From contig OZ240248.1 in assembly GCA_965198235.1 (NCBI GenBank), positions 1,408,001 to 1,472,000 on the forward strand: 64,000 bases of DNA. Direction: 5' to 3'. Positions 29,679 to 41,800 of the stretch are shown here, piece after piece (position 1 is the stretch's first letter; each line of letters starts with the position of its first letter). The position numbers were made by a program, and so were the translations under genes. The notes under the pieces are model-generated. The model did no database searches. It had not been told where the DNA came from and worked only from the letters and a program-made list of their open reading frames with translations. This stretch comes from Candidatus Poribacteria bacterium (GTDB lineage Bacteria; Poribacteria; WGA-4E; WGA-3G).

Positions 29679-32600
29679 ATGAACTCTGTAGCACAGCAGA
29701 CAGATACAATTCATATTAGTGACCTTCAACCCGGGGCATTGTTGATTGACACACATCAAGAAACAGAACGGGTAATCCATAAGGTTGAGTCACACGATAC
29801 GTTTGTCCAACTCTTTTTTGAGAATGACGATGCACCGTTTACCTATTCTATTCAAGAACTGCAGTCCCGTTTTGAACTTGGGTCCAATACTTTTCGAGCC
29901 GATGCCAATCTGGTAAGACTTGTTGCTGAGGCACATAGACTTCAACACGCCTATCTGTTTAACCCGATCTTTGCCACAGAAACATCACTGATCGATCCGC
30001 TGCCACATCAATTCATCGCGGTCTATGAACATCTATTGAAACATTTTCCTTTACGGTTTCTATTAGCTGACGATGCCGGTGCCGGAAAAACAATTATGAC
30101 AGGGCTCTATATCCAAGAATCGTTACTCCGTCGGCAAGTGGAACGAGTCCTGATCGTGCCACCAGCCGGGCTTATTGGCAACTGGGAACGCGAATTACGC
30201 GTCTGTTTTCGACTCCAATTCCGCATTTTGTCGAGTGCTGATGCAGCAGATACCAATCCCTTTGCTGATCCAGAAAATCGCTTGGCTATTATCAGCCTTG
30301 ATACGTTACGGCAAGAGCGGATGCAGAACTATCTCTTTGAAGCGCAACCCTATGATCTGATCGTTTTTGACGAGGCACATAAACTCTCCGCACGATACGA
30401 GTCCGATGGAACAGTAGACAAATCGAAACGGTACGAGCTTGCCGAGCAGATCGCCGCGCAACAAAAGAATCTGTTACTACTCACGGCAACGCCGCACATG
30501 GGGAAAGATGATGCCTACTATTTTCTGTGGCGACTGCTTCTGCCGGAGCACCTCGCTGCGCAAAAGGCGTTTGAACGGTTGGCTGACGAGGAAAAATCAA
30601 AACACCTGCTCCGACGTATGAAGGAGGAGATGGTCACCTTTGATGAGAAACCTATCTACCCGCCGCGGCGGAGCCAGACCATTGCCTATCCACTCAAACA
30701 AGGAGAGGTGAGCGAACAATCACTATACGACGCTGTCACGGCATATTGTGAGAAATATTTTGATTTGGCTGGTCAATACAATCGGAGCGCGGCAAAAATG
30801 GCGATGATGGTATTACAAAGAAGACTTGCCAGTTCAACGTTCGCACTGCTGCAGAGTCTCATCAGACGTGCAGAAAAACTCCAAACGACCTTTCAGAACC
30901 TCCAAAGCGGAAGCTTGTCAACGGCGCAGCTTGAAAAGGCGCAGCAGAAACTTTCGGACATTGACATCAGAGACGAAAAAACAGGGGATGAGGAAGAAAT
31001 TATTGATGGAAAAGAAGAGGCAGAACAAATTGATGAAGAGCTGGAGCGTGCAACCGCCGCCCGTTCAATCACTGAACTTGAAACTGAAATTTCCCACGTT
31101 CAAAGCCTTGCAGAACTTGCAAGCAAGGTTTATAACCTGAAAGCCGAAAGCAAGTTTGAGAATCTATGGGAAGCATTAACGGAGTATCCAGACACAAAAG
31201 TACTGATTTTCACCGAGCATCGCGACACGATGTTTTTTATCATTGAACGTTTAGAGGCGTTGGGTTTTACTGGAAAAATTGCCCAGATCCACGGCGGTAT
31301 GAGATATGGTGCACGCGAAGAACAGGTCGAATTCTTTCGCGACCCGAACGGGGCGCAATACCTTGTTGCAACCGATGCAGCCGGGGAAGGTATCAATCTC
31401 CAATTCTGTTGGCTTATGGTCAACTACGACATTCCGTGGAATCCTGCTCGGCTTGAACAACGGATGGGACGAATTCACCGATACAAACAAACACGCACAG
31501 TAGTTATGCTAAATCTCGTTGCCGAAGACACGCGTGAAGGACGTGTGTTGAAAGTGCTGCTGGAGAAAATGCAAAGGATGCGTGATGAATTGAATGACGA
31601 TAAGGTGTTTGATGTTATCGGACAACAGTTCAGTCAAATCTCTTTGAAGGAACTTATCACGAAAGCCATCACGGAGAATCAAATTGATGCTTCAATTCAG
31701 ACCATCAATACACAATTCACGCTCGAAAATATACAAAAGCAGCTTGAGGGGCAGCAGAAATCGGTCGTCAGTAGCGAGGTCAAACGATTACTCGGCAACG
31801 TTCAGGAGCAGAGAGAATCCGCTGAAACGCTTCGCATGCTACCCGCTTATGTCCGAAGTTTCTTTGAAGATGCAGCACCACTGCTCGGCTATCGGATTAA
31901 CGGTGATATTGAGGCAATTTTTAAGTTATCCCGTTGTCCTGCCTCTGTGCAAAATTCAATTGATGGGTATCCACCACGTCTCCGAGATCAGTTAACGTTC
32001 TCACGCGAACTTGCCCTGCCAGCTGGATCCGAAAAACCAGAAGCGGTTTTTCTGCACCCGGGCGAACCAATTTTTGACGCGATCCGCAACCGCTTTTTGG
32101 AAAAATTCAACGCCGAAGGCGAGCGCGGTGCAGTCTATTTCGATCCGCAAGCGGATCAACCGTATATCTTCTATTTGGCAAGAGTCCCTGTCGTGCGAAA
32201 AACCGATAATGCTTCTCACCTTCTTGAGGAGATGCTTGTCGGAATTAAACGCTTTTCGGATGGACACTATGAAGAAACACCTGCACATCTTTTGTTGACT
32301 CTAACACCACGAACAGTACAACAGAGCATACCAACGGCTCTGTCCGCTGAATGGATTAACCTCGCTGAAGAAACACAATCTGTTAAAAATTTCATCTGTG
32401 AAAACTTCGGAAACCCGAAACTTTTCCACATCCGCGAGGAACTTCAGTCCGAAGTCGAAAACAGGAGAAGACACATCCAAATTTCATCTAATTTGCGAAA
32501 GTCGGAACTTCTTGAACAACGACGTAACCTCAAAGATGCTGTTGCCAAAAGGGTACCTGCGGCACAGACGAAACTGAACAACTGTGAACACGAACTCGAA

Positions 32601-33146
32601 GCACTCCCAACCAAACGCAAGGAAGCAGAAGCGAGTCTCATTGAGGAAATCGGAAACACCCAATTAGGTCCTGTAACTGTCTATGTTAGTGCTTTTGTTA
32701 CCCTACCTCTATATGAGGAAATTCCGACAAAGATACTACGAGATGCCGAGGCAATCGCGATTAAGACTGCTATAGAATATGAAAGTAGGCATGGTGCTGA
32801 GGTCAGAGATGTCTCTAATCCAAATCTCAAAAAGGGGTTTGATCTGGAATCCAGACACCCAACCGGTGAGGTGCGTTACATTGAAGTCAAAGGGCGGACA
32901 GGGGTTACAAGCGTTGAGTTGACCGCAAATGAATGGCGACAAGCCGCGAATCACCGAGACCGCTACTGGCTCTATGTCGTCTATCATTGTGATACTGCTG
33001 AACCGCAGCTATACCGATGCCGAGATCCCTTTGGCCCCCTGATCGCAAAAGCCACAGGCAGCATACGGATCAATGCCGGGGACATCATGAAAAACTCAGA
33101 CACAGAGGCATTCAATTCAAACGTCAATCCAGCCATAAGGGGGTAG
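29679..33146 (+). CDS. SNF2-family helicase with C-terminal DUF3883 PD-(D/E)xK-like nuclease domain
   Basis: LADDAGAGKT, DEAH, TATP, ATDAAGEGINLQ, WNPARLEQRMGRIHR; C-terminal GFDLES..YIEVKG. Confidence 0.9.
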   Translation: MNSVAQQTDTIHISDLQPGALLIDTHQETERVIHKVESHDTFVQLFFENDDAPFTYSIQELQSRFELGSNTFRADANLVRLVAEAHRLQHAYLFNPIFATETSLIDPLPHQFIAVYEHLLKHFPLRFLLADDAGAGKTIMTGLYIQESLLRRQVERVLIVPPAGLIGNWERELRVCFRLQFRILSSADAADTNPFADPENRLAIISLDTLRQERMQNYLFEAQPYDLIVFDEAHKLSARYESDGTVDKSKRYELAEQIAAQQKNLLLLTATPHMGKDDAYYFLWRLLLPEHLAAQKAFERLADEEKSKHLLRRMKEEMVTFDEKPIYPPRRSQTIAYPLKQGEVSEQSLYDAVTAYCEKYFDLAGQYNRSAAKMAMMVLQRRLASSTFALLQSLIRRAEKLQTTFQNLQSGSLSTAQLEKAQQKLSDIDIRDEKTGDEEEIIDGKEEAEQIDEELERATAARSITELETEISHVQSLAELASKVYNLKAESKFENLWEALTEYPDTKVLIFTEHRDTMFFIIERLEALGFTGKIAQIHGGMRYGAREEQVEFFRDPNGAQYLVATDAAGEGINLQFCWLMVNYDIPWNPARLEQRMGRIHRYKQTRTVVMLNLVAEDTREGRVLKVLLEKMQRMRDELNDDKVFDVIGQQFSQISLKELITKAITENQIDASIQTINTQFTLENIQKQLEGQQKSVVSSEVKRLLGNVQEQRESAETLRMLPAYVRSFFEDAAPLLGYRINGDIEAIFKLSRCPASVQNSIDGYPPRLRDQLTFSRELALPAGSEKPEAVFLHPGEPIFDAIRNRFLEKFNAEGERGAVYFDPQADQPYIFYLARVPVVRKTDNASHLLEEMLVGIKRFSDGHYEETPAHLLLTLTPRTVQQSIPTALSAEWINLAEETQSVKNFICENFGNPKLFHIREELQSEVENRRRHIQISSNLRKSELLEQRRNLKDAVAKRVPAAQTKLNNCEHELEALPTKRKEAEASLIEEIGNTQLGPVTVYVSAFVTLPLYEEIPTKILRDAEAIAIKTAIEYESRHGAEVRDVSNPNLKKGFDLESRHPTGEVRYIEVKGRTGVTSVELTANEWRQAANHRDRYWLYVVYHCDTAEPQLYRCRDPFGPLIAKATGSIRINAGDIMKNSDTEAFNSNVNPAIRG

Positions 33147-33151
33147 ATTAA

Positions 33152-34414
33152 ATGTTTCTCAAATCAATCCATTTGAACAATGTCAAATGTTTTTCTGACA
33201 TTGCTTTATCATTTGAAAACGAGAATGGCGACATCCGCAAGCGGACCCTCTTACTGGCTGAAAACGGCATGGGGAAGAGTACGCTTCTGAAAGCTATCGC
33301 CTTGGTAACTGGGGGTAGTGACGCGATAGCCGATCTGTTGGAGGAACCTTCCGACTGGATCCGGTACAAAACGCAGAGGTGTGAAATCTCAGCCGTTTTG
33401 GTTACAACGGAAGGAAAAGAACGCGAGATTCGCCTACGGATCGCGCCCAAAGATACCCGCGCCGATGTCATTGTGAAGAACAAACACAGTCTCGCGTGGT
33501 TTGATGACGCGCTAAACCAGAAAAAGAGAGACTATTTTGTTCTCGGTTTCGGCGCGTCCCGACATCTCAATACAGTCAAGGGTCGGAGAACAAACACATC
33601 AGTGTTTACAAACAAAAGAGCCCAGAGCGTTGCTACCCTGTTTGATCCCGACGCAGCCACTACGCCGCTTGATTCATGGGCAATGGACCTTGACTACCTT
33701 GAAAACCGCACTGGGTTAGAAACCGTCCGAAAAGTACTCAGTAACTTGCTACCGGGTATAAAGTTTCACGGCATTGATAAACAGAGAGGCCACTTGTTGT
33801 TTGATACTCCAGATGGCATTGTGCCGTTACACTGTCTCAGTGATGGCTATCTTGCGATGGCGGCTTGGATAGGGGACCTCTTATTCCGAGTTTTAGAGAA
33901 CTTTGGTGACTTAGACGGACAAACTCTTACTGCAAAGGGGCTACTTCTCATTGATGAAGTCGACCTGCATCTCCATCCAAAGCGGCAACGCGAGCTATTC
34001 GCGTTCCTTGATGAATGGCTGCCGAATTTTCAATTCGTTGCAACAACGCACTCGCCCATGGCCGCCCAACAGGCAAATGAAGGAGAACTTCACTGTTTGA
34101 TGCGCGAAAGGGGGAAAATTCACCTCTATCCATTTTCCGGTGCCCCCAACATGCTCCTCTTACACCAACTGCTAATGTCACCCGCGTTTGGGTTAGATAC
34201 CGATGCGTCGAAAGAGGTTGAGGATATGAAGAATCGATACCGCCACCTCCGCGACAAAGCGGATCTGTCGTCTAAGGAGCAAGAGGAGCTGAACCATCTG
34301 AAAGCGGCCCTAGCGGAACTCCCGACTGGCGGCAGGTCAAATATGAAACTAGCCGAGGAACACACGGAGCTTTTGCGGAAAATAGAGAAAGAGTTGCAGG
34401 AGGGCAAGTTGTGA
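33152..34414 (+). CDS. ABC-type ATPase, Septu PtuA-like
   Basis: AENGMGKST, LSDGY, IDEVDLHLHP, TTHSP. Confidence 0.8.
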   Translation: MFLKSIHLNNVKCFSDIALSFENENGDIRKRTLLLAENGMGKSTLLKAIALVTGGSDAIADLLEEPSDWIRYKTQRCEISAVLVTTEGKEREIRLRIAPKDTRADVIVKNKHSLAWFDDALNQKKRDYFVLGFGASRHLNTVKGRRTNTSVFTNKRAQSVATLFDPDAATTPLDSWAMDLDYLENRTGLETVRKVLSNLLPGIKFHGIDKQRGHLLFDTPDGIVPLHCLSDGYLAMAAWIGDLLFRVLENFGDLDGQTLTAKGLLLIDEVDLHLHPKRQRELFAFLDEWLPNFQFVATTHSPMAAQQANEGELHCLMRERGKIHLYPFSGAPNMLLLHQLLMSPAFGLDTDASKEVEDMKNRYRHLRDKADLSSKEQEELNHLKAALAELPTGGRSNMKLAEEHTELLRKIEKELQEGKL

Positions 34415-35289
34415 TACGCCTAAAAAGGATTCGTTCGGAAAATGTCATCCATCACAACTTTTACGGCAAAAGAAAACAGGCATTTGAAAAGGAATTATTG
34501 CTTAACCAGCGGCGTATCAGGCGCGGTAATATTGAAAAACACAATTTCAAAAGTGCTCGCTGGAAACCAGCGAAAGAACAACTTTTCGCTGAGACAGGTG
34601 GCAAATGTGCCTATTGTGAAGCACCAACTTCAGTGGTTGCCTTCGGGGATGTCGAGCATTATCGCCCCAAAAGCCTCTATTGGTGGCTCGCCTATTGCTA
34701 TGACAATTATCTTGCTTCGTGTCAGCTGTGTAATCAAAGATTCAAGAAAGATGTTTTCCCTATTCAAAATAGGAAGATGCCAGCCCCTGTAATTCGACGC
34801 AATACAACAAATGACTTTATAGAGGCTAAAGCAGGGCAGATTGCCCCTGACCCGCTGGATGCAGATCAGGTTGATGCCTTCATTCGGTTACATCAACAAG
34901 AACGTCCACTCCTGCTCAACCCTTATTTTGACGAGCCCGCTGAATACTTTGCATGGCACGCCGATGATGTGCTGAGAGAAGTAGAAATCACTGCTAACCG
35001 CGAAAGTCCCCGACTTGAAATTGTTGTTAACCCTGAGAATCCTGACCTTGAACCTATCGCGGCGGCATCTATCCAGTACTACGGCTTGAATCGCAAGGAA
35101 CTCAAAGCCCTAAGATACGATTTTTACCGTTCGTATAGTGTCTTTAGGATTACACTTGAAAATGACCGATCTCCTCCAGAAATTCGGAACGAGATCAGAA
35201 ACACTATAGAGAGAATGAAGTCACCAGGGGCACCATTTGCGGGTATGATTCGCTACTTCGACGCACCCTTTTCTGTCTCTGAACGTTAA
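34411..35289 (+). CDS. HNH endonuclease, Septu PtuB/TIGR02646-like
   Basis: KCAYCE, VEHYRPK, NYLASCQLCN, LLNP; GTGA overlap with the ATPase. Confidence 0.8.
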   Translation: MIRLKRIRSENVIHHNFYGKRKQAFEKELLLNQRRIRRGNIEKHNFKSARWKPAKEQLFAETGGKCAYCEAPTSVVAFGDVEHYRPKSLYWWLAYCYDNYLASCQLCNQRFKKDVFPIQNRKMPAPVIRRNTTNDFIEAKAGQIAPDPLDADQVDAFIRLHQQERPLLLNPYFDEPAEYFAWHADDVLREVEITANRESPRLEIVVNPENPDLEPIAAASIQYYGLNRKELKALRYDFYRSYSVFRITLENDRSPPEIRNEIRNTIERMKSPGAPFAGMIRYFDAPFSVSER

Positions 35290-35396
35290 AGTGTATGAGA
35301 CGAAATTTACAAAGGTTTTCAGTTTTCATCTATTTGTAAGAAAAATAACGTTTTTGTCAACAGATCTTGAGAATTTAGATCACAAAGGAAAACAAA

Positions 35397-38324
35397 TTGC
35401 CACGTAGACTCATCGAGGAAGCCTTTCCACTGAAAAAGGTCTCTGAAGACTCAAAACACGAAAAGAATGTACGCCACGGACATATCTCCACGCTTCACAT
35501 CTGGCCCGCACGCCGTCCACTCGCCGCGTGCCGTGCCGTGACAATAGCGACTTTGCTCCCAGATCCTGCAGATGCCTCCGAAAAAATGAAAGTGGAATAC
35601 ACACGCCTTTCTAGGTCGCCATTACCTGAAAAACAGCGGGAATATTTGTGTAACGACCTGATTGCTTCCTTAACGCGGTGGGGCGACGAAAATGGACAGG
35701 GTGATTGGGACGCGAAAGACCAGAAGGGACGATGGGTGAATAAACTCCGAATCGCCAGAGAACTTATTCTGATGGCTTATGATGGACATCCACCAAAAGT
35801 ACTGGATATGTTCGCAGGTGGGGGCTCGATTCCACTTGAAGCGATGCGCCTCGGTTGTGAAGTCACCGCAAGTGATTACAACCCTGTTGCGTGGTTCCTT
35901 CTCAAATGCACGCTTGAATATCCGCAGCGTCTCGCTGGAAAAACCACGCCACTCCCCGATCTCAATCTTGGTGAACGTCCTGATTTGCAAAAAGGCGATC
36001 TTGCTGATCATGTCCGTTTGTGGGGGCAGTGGGTCTTGGAAAATGCTCAAAAAGAACTTGCGCCCTACTATCCCGTGATTGACAGCAAGCCGACGGTCGC
36101 CTATCTCTGGGCACGAACCATTCCGTGTCAAGATCCAAAGTGTGGTGGAATAGTTCCATTGCTCAAAACACTGTGGGTCTCCAAGAAAGCGGAGAAAACC
36201 CTTAAGGACACGCCTGAAAACCGGGACCGCCCTGACTTCCTCTGGTTGAAAGAAACAAAGAATCAGACTAAAGTGGTCATCAATGGAAAACGTGCGATCA
36301 AGCTCTGCCCTGATTCCAAGACGAGGCGGGTTCGTTTTGAAATTTTCACTCCCGACAACGAAGACGATGTGGGCAAACCCACGATGTCACGAGCGACAGC
36401 AACTTGTCCATTTCCTGACTGTAGTTCACAGCAGCCTGATCATTACATCAAGCGATGTGGGCATGAAGGCAAACTCAAGGCACAGATGACAACAGTCGTT
36501 TATCAAGAGGAATACGGCAAGGAGTACCGCCCACCTACGCAGGAAGAGATTGATAAAGCCGAAATACCAGCAGTGGTGTTGGAAGCAATGGCTGATCAGA
36601 TTCCACACGGAATTCCTGATGAACCGATGCCCGGGCCTAAAACACTCGGATTTGTGGTTCCGCTCTACGGATTCAAGAAATGGTCAGATCTGTTCACAGA
36701 CAGGCAGTTGTTGGCGTTGATGACATTTGTGAAGTGGACCCAAGCAGCGCGATGTGAAATAAAGCGTAGCGTATATCCTTCGGAATGGATCAAGGCAATT
36801 GAGATGTATTTGGCCATTAACATTAATCGGCTAGCAGACTATGCTAGTACAATTTGTATCTGGGAGACTCATGCTAGTGAGGTAAAACATACCTTTGCAA
36901 GGTTTGCGCTTCCAATGACTTGGGATTTCGCAGAAGGGAACCCCTTATCGGACAAGACTAGATATTACAAAGGGGCAATTGAGTATGTTGGGCGTTTTCT
37001 CACGAAAACCTTGTCTGGATTGCGACCCAGGCAACTCGGTCTTGAGTTGCTCAATTTACCAGCACAAGTGCTGAGTAGCAGACCGATGAACACAATTATT
37101 ACAGATCCACCCTATTATGACGCTATTCCTTACGCAGATCTTTCCGATTTTTTTTACGTGTGGTTTCGTCGCTCAATTGGAGATCAATTCCCTGATGTTT
37201 TTGCCGAGGTACTCACACCAAAATCTGATGAGCTTGTCCAACATTCAGATCATTTTGACGGGGATAATAAAGCGGCGAAGGAGTTTTACGAATCTGGCAT
37301 GGCTGCCACTTTCCAGTCTGCCCACAACTCACTGATAGACAATGGACGAATCGTGATTGTCTTCGCCCACAAATCGCCGGAGGCATGGGAAACCCTTGTT
37401 AGGGCGATGATTGAATCGGGTTTGGTGGTTACGACATCTTGGCCTATTGATACGGAATTAAAGAATAGTACCAGTTCGCAAGGGAAGGCAGCTCTCGCTA
37501 CTTCGCTATGGCTCGTCTGCCGAAAGCGTCCTGCAAACGCAAAAAATGGGCGTTACAGTGAAGTCAAACGCTACATGCAGAAACGGATTACCGAACGCCT
37601 CCGCTATTTTTGGGACGCAGGGATTCGCGGGCCTGACTTCGTTTGGTCAGCAATCGGCCCCGCATTAGAGAGTTACTCCAGTTACAAGGGAGTCAGGCGG
37701 AATACAGGTGAACCTTTCACAGTGACAGAATTTCTCACTGATGTCCGGCGTATTGTAACCGATTTTGCCTTGGGTCAGATTCTGCACGGTGCAAGTACCG
37801 AGGCATTAGACGAATGGACCCGCTATTATCTGATGCACAAGGACTACTTCGGTACAGAAAACGCGCCCGTAGGTGAGTGTATTCTATTAGCGCAAGGATA
37901 CGGCGTATCGCTTGACGATTTGCGGGCAGTACAGACTGGCATTTTGAAGAAGGTTAGCTCCGGCAGTGCACTCAAGCTCCTTGGACACACCGAACGCACT
38001 TCGGATCGGATTGGTTATGCCCACACCTCTGGAAGAATTCCGATGATAGACATGATTCACAGAGTCATGAAACTCTGGGATGCGAACGAAAGTGCCTACA
38101 CCAACGCCTACTTCCACGAGCACGGACTAAAAGAAAACCCGCTTTTCAAGGCAGTCGTTCAGGCACTCATCGAAACAAGTCCCCAGGGTTCCAGTGAAAG
38201 ATCGCTCTTGGAGACGCTCATCGGTTATGAACCCGGCGAACCGGTCAGTGGCGTTTTGTTGCCAGGGCAGTCCAACTCAGAAGATGAAAGACAACTCACA
38301 TTTGAGGAACGTCTATCAGAATAG
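35397..38324 (+). CDS. DUF1156-containing adenine DNA methyltransferase
   Basis: HISTLHIWPARRPLAACRA, DMFAGGGSIPLEA, TDPPYY; TTG start with AAGGA. Confidence 0.9.
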   Translation: MPRRLIEEAFPLKKVSEDSKHEKNVRHGHISTLHIWPARRPLAACRAVTIATLLPDPADASEKMKVEYTRLSRSPLPEKQREYLCNDLIASLTRWGDENGQGDWDAKDQKGRWVNKLRIARELILMAYDGHPPKVLDMFAGGGSIPLEAMRLGCEVTASDYNPVAWFLLKCTLEYPQRLAGKTTPLPDLNLGERPDLQKGDLADHVRLWGQWVLENAQKELAPYYPVIDSKPTVAYLWARTIPCQDPKCGGIVPLLKTLWVSKKAEKTLKDTPENRDRPDFLWLKETKNQTKVVINGKRAIKLCPDSKTRRVRFEIFTPDNEDDVGKPTMSRATATCPFPDCSSQQPDHYIKRCGHEGKLKAQMTTVVYQEEYGKEYRPPTQEEIDKAEIPAVVLEAMADQIPHGIPDEPMPGPKTLGFVVPLYGFKKWSDLFTDRQLLALMTFVKWTQAARCEIKRSVYPSEWIKAIEMYLAININRLADYASTICIWETHASEVKHTFARFALPMTWDFAEGNPLSDKTRYYKGAIEYVGRFLTKTLSGLRPRQLGLELLNLPAQVLSSRPMNTIITDPPYYDAIPYADLSDFFYVWFRRSIGDQFPDVFAEVLTPKSDELVQHSDHFDGDNKAAKEFYESGMAATFQSAHNSLIDNGRIVIVFAHKSPEAWETLVRAMIESGLVVTTSWPIDTELKNSTSSQGKAALATSLWLVCRKRPANAKNGRYSEVKRYMQKRITERLRYFWDAGIRGPDFVWSAIGPALESYSSYKGVRRNTGEPFTVTEFLTDVRRIVTDFALGQILHGASTEALDEWTRYYLMHKDYFGTENAPVGECILLAQGYGVSLDDLRAVQTGILKKVSSGSALKLLGHTERTSDRIGYAHTSGRIPMIDMIHRVMKLWDANESAYTNAYFHEHGLKENPLFKAVVQALIETSPQGSSERSLLETLIGYEPGEPVSGVLLPGQSNSEDERQLTFEERLSE

Positions 38325-38627
38325 GCTTGACGCGATGCGTGCTTGATCGCAGGGACCAGGTCTCCTCGTCCGGTATTGAGTCACCCAGCAGTTTCGGAAA
38401 ACAAAACAATCCGCGAAATCTGCGTCCTCCGTGTCATTCCTGATAATCCGCGTTGTGATTCTCATAAAAATCATAGTTGATTTTCGATTGACTTAGACGC
38501 GCAAATTGTGTTACACTGCACTTTGTGGGAGGGATTTGTAACCTCGAAGTTTTGTATCGCAGCCGTGATTATCGCCCTAATTGCTCTATTCAGTGGATAA
38601 CCGTGAATTGTCCCAAATGATAATCCT

Positions 38628-38834
38628 ATGAGAAACCATCGACTCTATTTAAAACGCATCTTTGAGGCAATGGATGATATCCGAGCATTCATTGAAGGAA
38701 TGGACTGTGAGGCGTTTGCCGCAGACGATAAAACCGCTTCCGCTGCGGTCCTGAAGAACCAGCTCCCCTCGCTCCAACCGATTATTAAGCAAATTCTTAA
38801 AAACATGGAAAAGGAGCAGCATGATGGGTGCTAA
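38628..38834 (+). pseudogene. DUF86/HepT-like HEPN gene with an in-frame deletion of its core
   Basis: Typical N-terminus LYLKRIFEAMDDIRAFIEGMD..F..DDKTASA fused directly to C-terminus VLKNQLPSLQPIIKQIL; the IIGEA..PW..RxxxxH segment is absent. Confidence 0.75.
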
Positions 38835-41800
38835 CGCGTGGCACGACCACTGTATCTTAAGAGACGATGTCCGACAAGGCAAGCTTGAACCCGCGGAATT
38901 CGCAGCAGATCTCTACGCCGTGCGAACGGGAGATGCCCGTAAGGTCTATCGGATCCCCACTCTCTTTTTCGACCGCACCTACCCTACCCATAATCTCAAA
39001 ACGTTGGCGCGAGACGTTCTCCGACGGTTAGCCGGACAGGGCGGCAACCCTGTCATGACGCTTCAAGTCGCTTACGGTGGCGGAAAAACCCACTCGCTCA
39101 TCACGCTCTTGCATTTAGCAGAACACGGTCCTGAATTGCAAACGCATCCCACCGTGCAAGAATTTATGGCGTTCAGTGGTTTAGGGACGTTACCTCGGAC
39201 ACGCGTTGCTATCCTTCCGTTCGACGAATTTGATGTGAAAAAAGGGTTTTCGGTTGTAAGTCCGAACGGCAAACGAAAGCGGGTTCAAACGCCCTGGGGT
39301 GCCCTGGCATATCAACTCGCCGGCGATAAAGGACTCGCTATCGTTGCCGAGCATGAAGCCGATTATATTAACCCACAGGAACAGCCGCTTCGCGACTTGC
39401 TCAAAATCCCACAGGCGGAAGGGATGTCCACCCTCATCTTACTCGATGAAGCCCTCATGTATACGCGTGCCGCTGTCAATGATGATCCAAAGCGATTCGG
39501 AATTCTCCAAGATTTCTTCCAGGCACTTACACAGGCAGTTGAAAAGGTCAGTAATGCTTCAATCGTAGCAAGTCTCATTACCTCCGATATTATCGCCGAC
39601 GATCCAACCGGCGTTCGCGTCTTAAATATGTTGGAAGGGGTATTCCGTCGTTTAGAAGAAACCTTTGAACCTGTCTCACGAGAAGATATTTCAGAATTGC
39701 TCCGACGGCGACTGTTTGAATCTGTAGATCCTGAGAAAAAATGCCGTGCTATTGTGGACAGCATTATCGCAGCGAGACAGAGACTCTCGATGCGCGGAGC
39801 ACACACAGATCAGGATGCCTATGAAGGCCTCGTCAAATCCTATCCGTTTCACCCAGACCTCATTGAAGTCTTCTATCAAAAGTGGACGCAGCTGGATAAA
39901 TTTCAGGGGACGCGTGGCATGTTTCGGACATTCGCATTGATGCTGAGAGAAGCTGTCGAAAAAGACACGTCAGCGTTTATCGGACCCAATGCACTCCTCA
40001 CCACCGATACCGGACTGTCGGATGTTCTTCAAGAACTTGTTAGGGCGTGTGATGAAGGCACGCAGTGGACACCCATTCTCACCGGAGAACTCGAAAGAGC
40101 CCGCACCATTCAAAAAGATCTACCGTTGCTTACATCCCGCGAAATTGAAACCGCAGTCCTTTCCACCTTTTTGCATTCACAACCGTCTGGACATAAGGCA
40201 GAATTGGCAGATCTTCATCTCCTACTTGCACACGCAGACATTGATGCGATGTCGGTCGAAAAAGGACTTTCTGAGTGGCGAGATGCCTCTTGGTTTCTCA
40301 AAGAAAACGAGAATAGTTGGGCACTGGGGACGGCCTCCAATCTCACAAGAATGCACATCCGTGCAATGGCGAGAATCACCGAAGACCAAATTAACGAGAG
40401 TCTCGTGACACGAATAAAAGATGCCGCCCTCGGACGGAAAACAGATGAGGTTAAGGTCCACACGTTACCCCAGTCCCCTGCAGATGTTCCTGATACCCCC
40501 GAACTCCGCTTTGTGATTGCTGGTCCCGAATACGCAACGGTTCCCGGTGAGGATGTCTCGCCCGAACTCAAAGAATTTTTTCAAAGGACCTACCGGAACA
40601 ATGTCATCCTTCTTGTCCCCGAAAACGCACTATTGGCAGGATTGCGACAACGCATCCACAGAATCCTTGGATGGCAGAGCATTATTGAGAGTAAAGACGA
40701 GATGAGCCTCTTGAGTGAACAGCAGCCAGCACTCCTACAGGAACGTAAGCGAATAGATGAAACTGGTATTTTAGAGTCTGTCACATCGGCTTATAGCGTA
40801 CTAATTGCAATTGATGAGGATGGCGACATTGAAACGAGCTTGTTATCATCAGGTACAGAGTCGCCTTTTGAACGGATCAAAACCGCTCTGATCGCTGAAG
40901 ATAGATTGCTAACAACCTCGCTCGATCCAGACCTGCTCACCCCCGATAGTTTCTTTGATATATGGGGAGAGAACGAAACCGCCAAACCCATTCAAGGGCT
41001 CTATCAGATGTTTGCGAGCCTTCCCCGTCTCCCCCGATTGTTAAACCGGCAGGTGTTCATTGACACACTTCGACGCGGTGTTACAGAAGGTCAGATTGTG
41101 TTACGCACTGTGCGTCCAGACGGCTCTCAGCAGACTCACTGGCGCGAAGCACCCGCTACTGACGAGGATCTCTGGAAAAAGGAGTTAGAAACCGTTCCAA
41201 TTGAACACGCGGAACTCCACAATCTCAGTGCTGATTTATTAGCTCCGGGTCAATTGCCAGAGCTGTGGCAAGGCGATAATGTCCCGACAACAATAGGTGC
41301 AATTCGGGAATTCTTCAAGGGAGACGATGTTCCCAAACTCGCCTCTGATAACACTCTTTTCGACGCAATTCAATCTGCTGTTCAAAACGGCTTACTCATG
41401 GCGCGCCGCCAAGGTAAAGCCTATCTTAAAGAGAACATTCCTGACGCGGAGATAACCGACGATCTGGAATTGCTCGCGCCGCTACAATCTATCAGTGGCT
41501 CCGAACTCAGCCACAACAACCTGCCTGACGCATGGGAGAACGAAACGTCATCCGTCGGGAAGATAATGCACGCGTTAACTATACTCAAGGGCTCTCCAAT
41601 TCCGTGGTCATTGGTTGTTGATGCTGTCAACGAGGGACGCGATAAAAGGCTCTTTGAATTTATTGAGGGTAGTCCGCCGTGGCCCTGTGCTGTTGAAGAA
41701 GCCGATAAGGTCGGTTTAAAAGTATCCGAGGCACTTGTGAAAATAGCACCGAACGATCTCATCGGGAAAGATGCAAAAGCCGCGTGGGAATCTGGAAACC

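Noticed and set aside
33152-35396. Retron system
   Set aside because: PtuAB-like effectors are present, but there is no reverse transcriptase ORF and no recognisable msr/msd inverted repeats.
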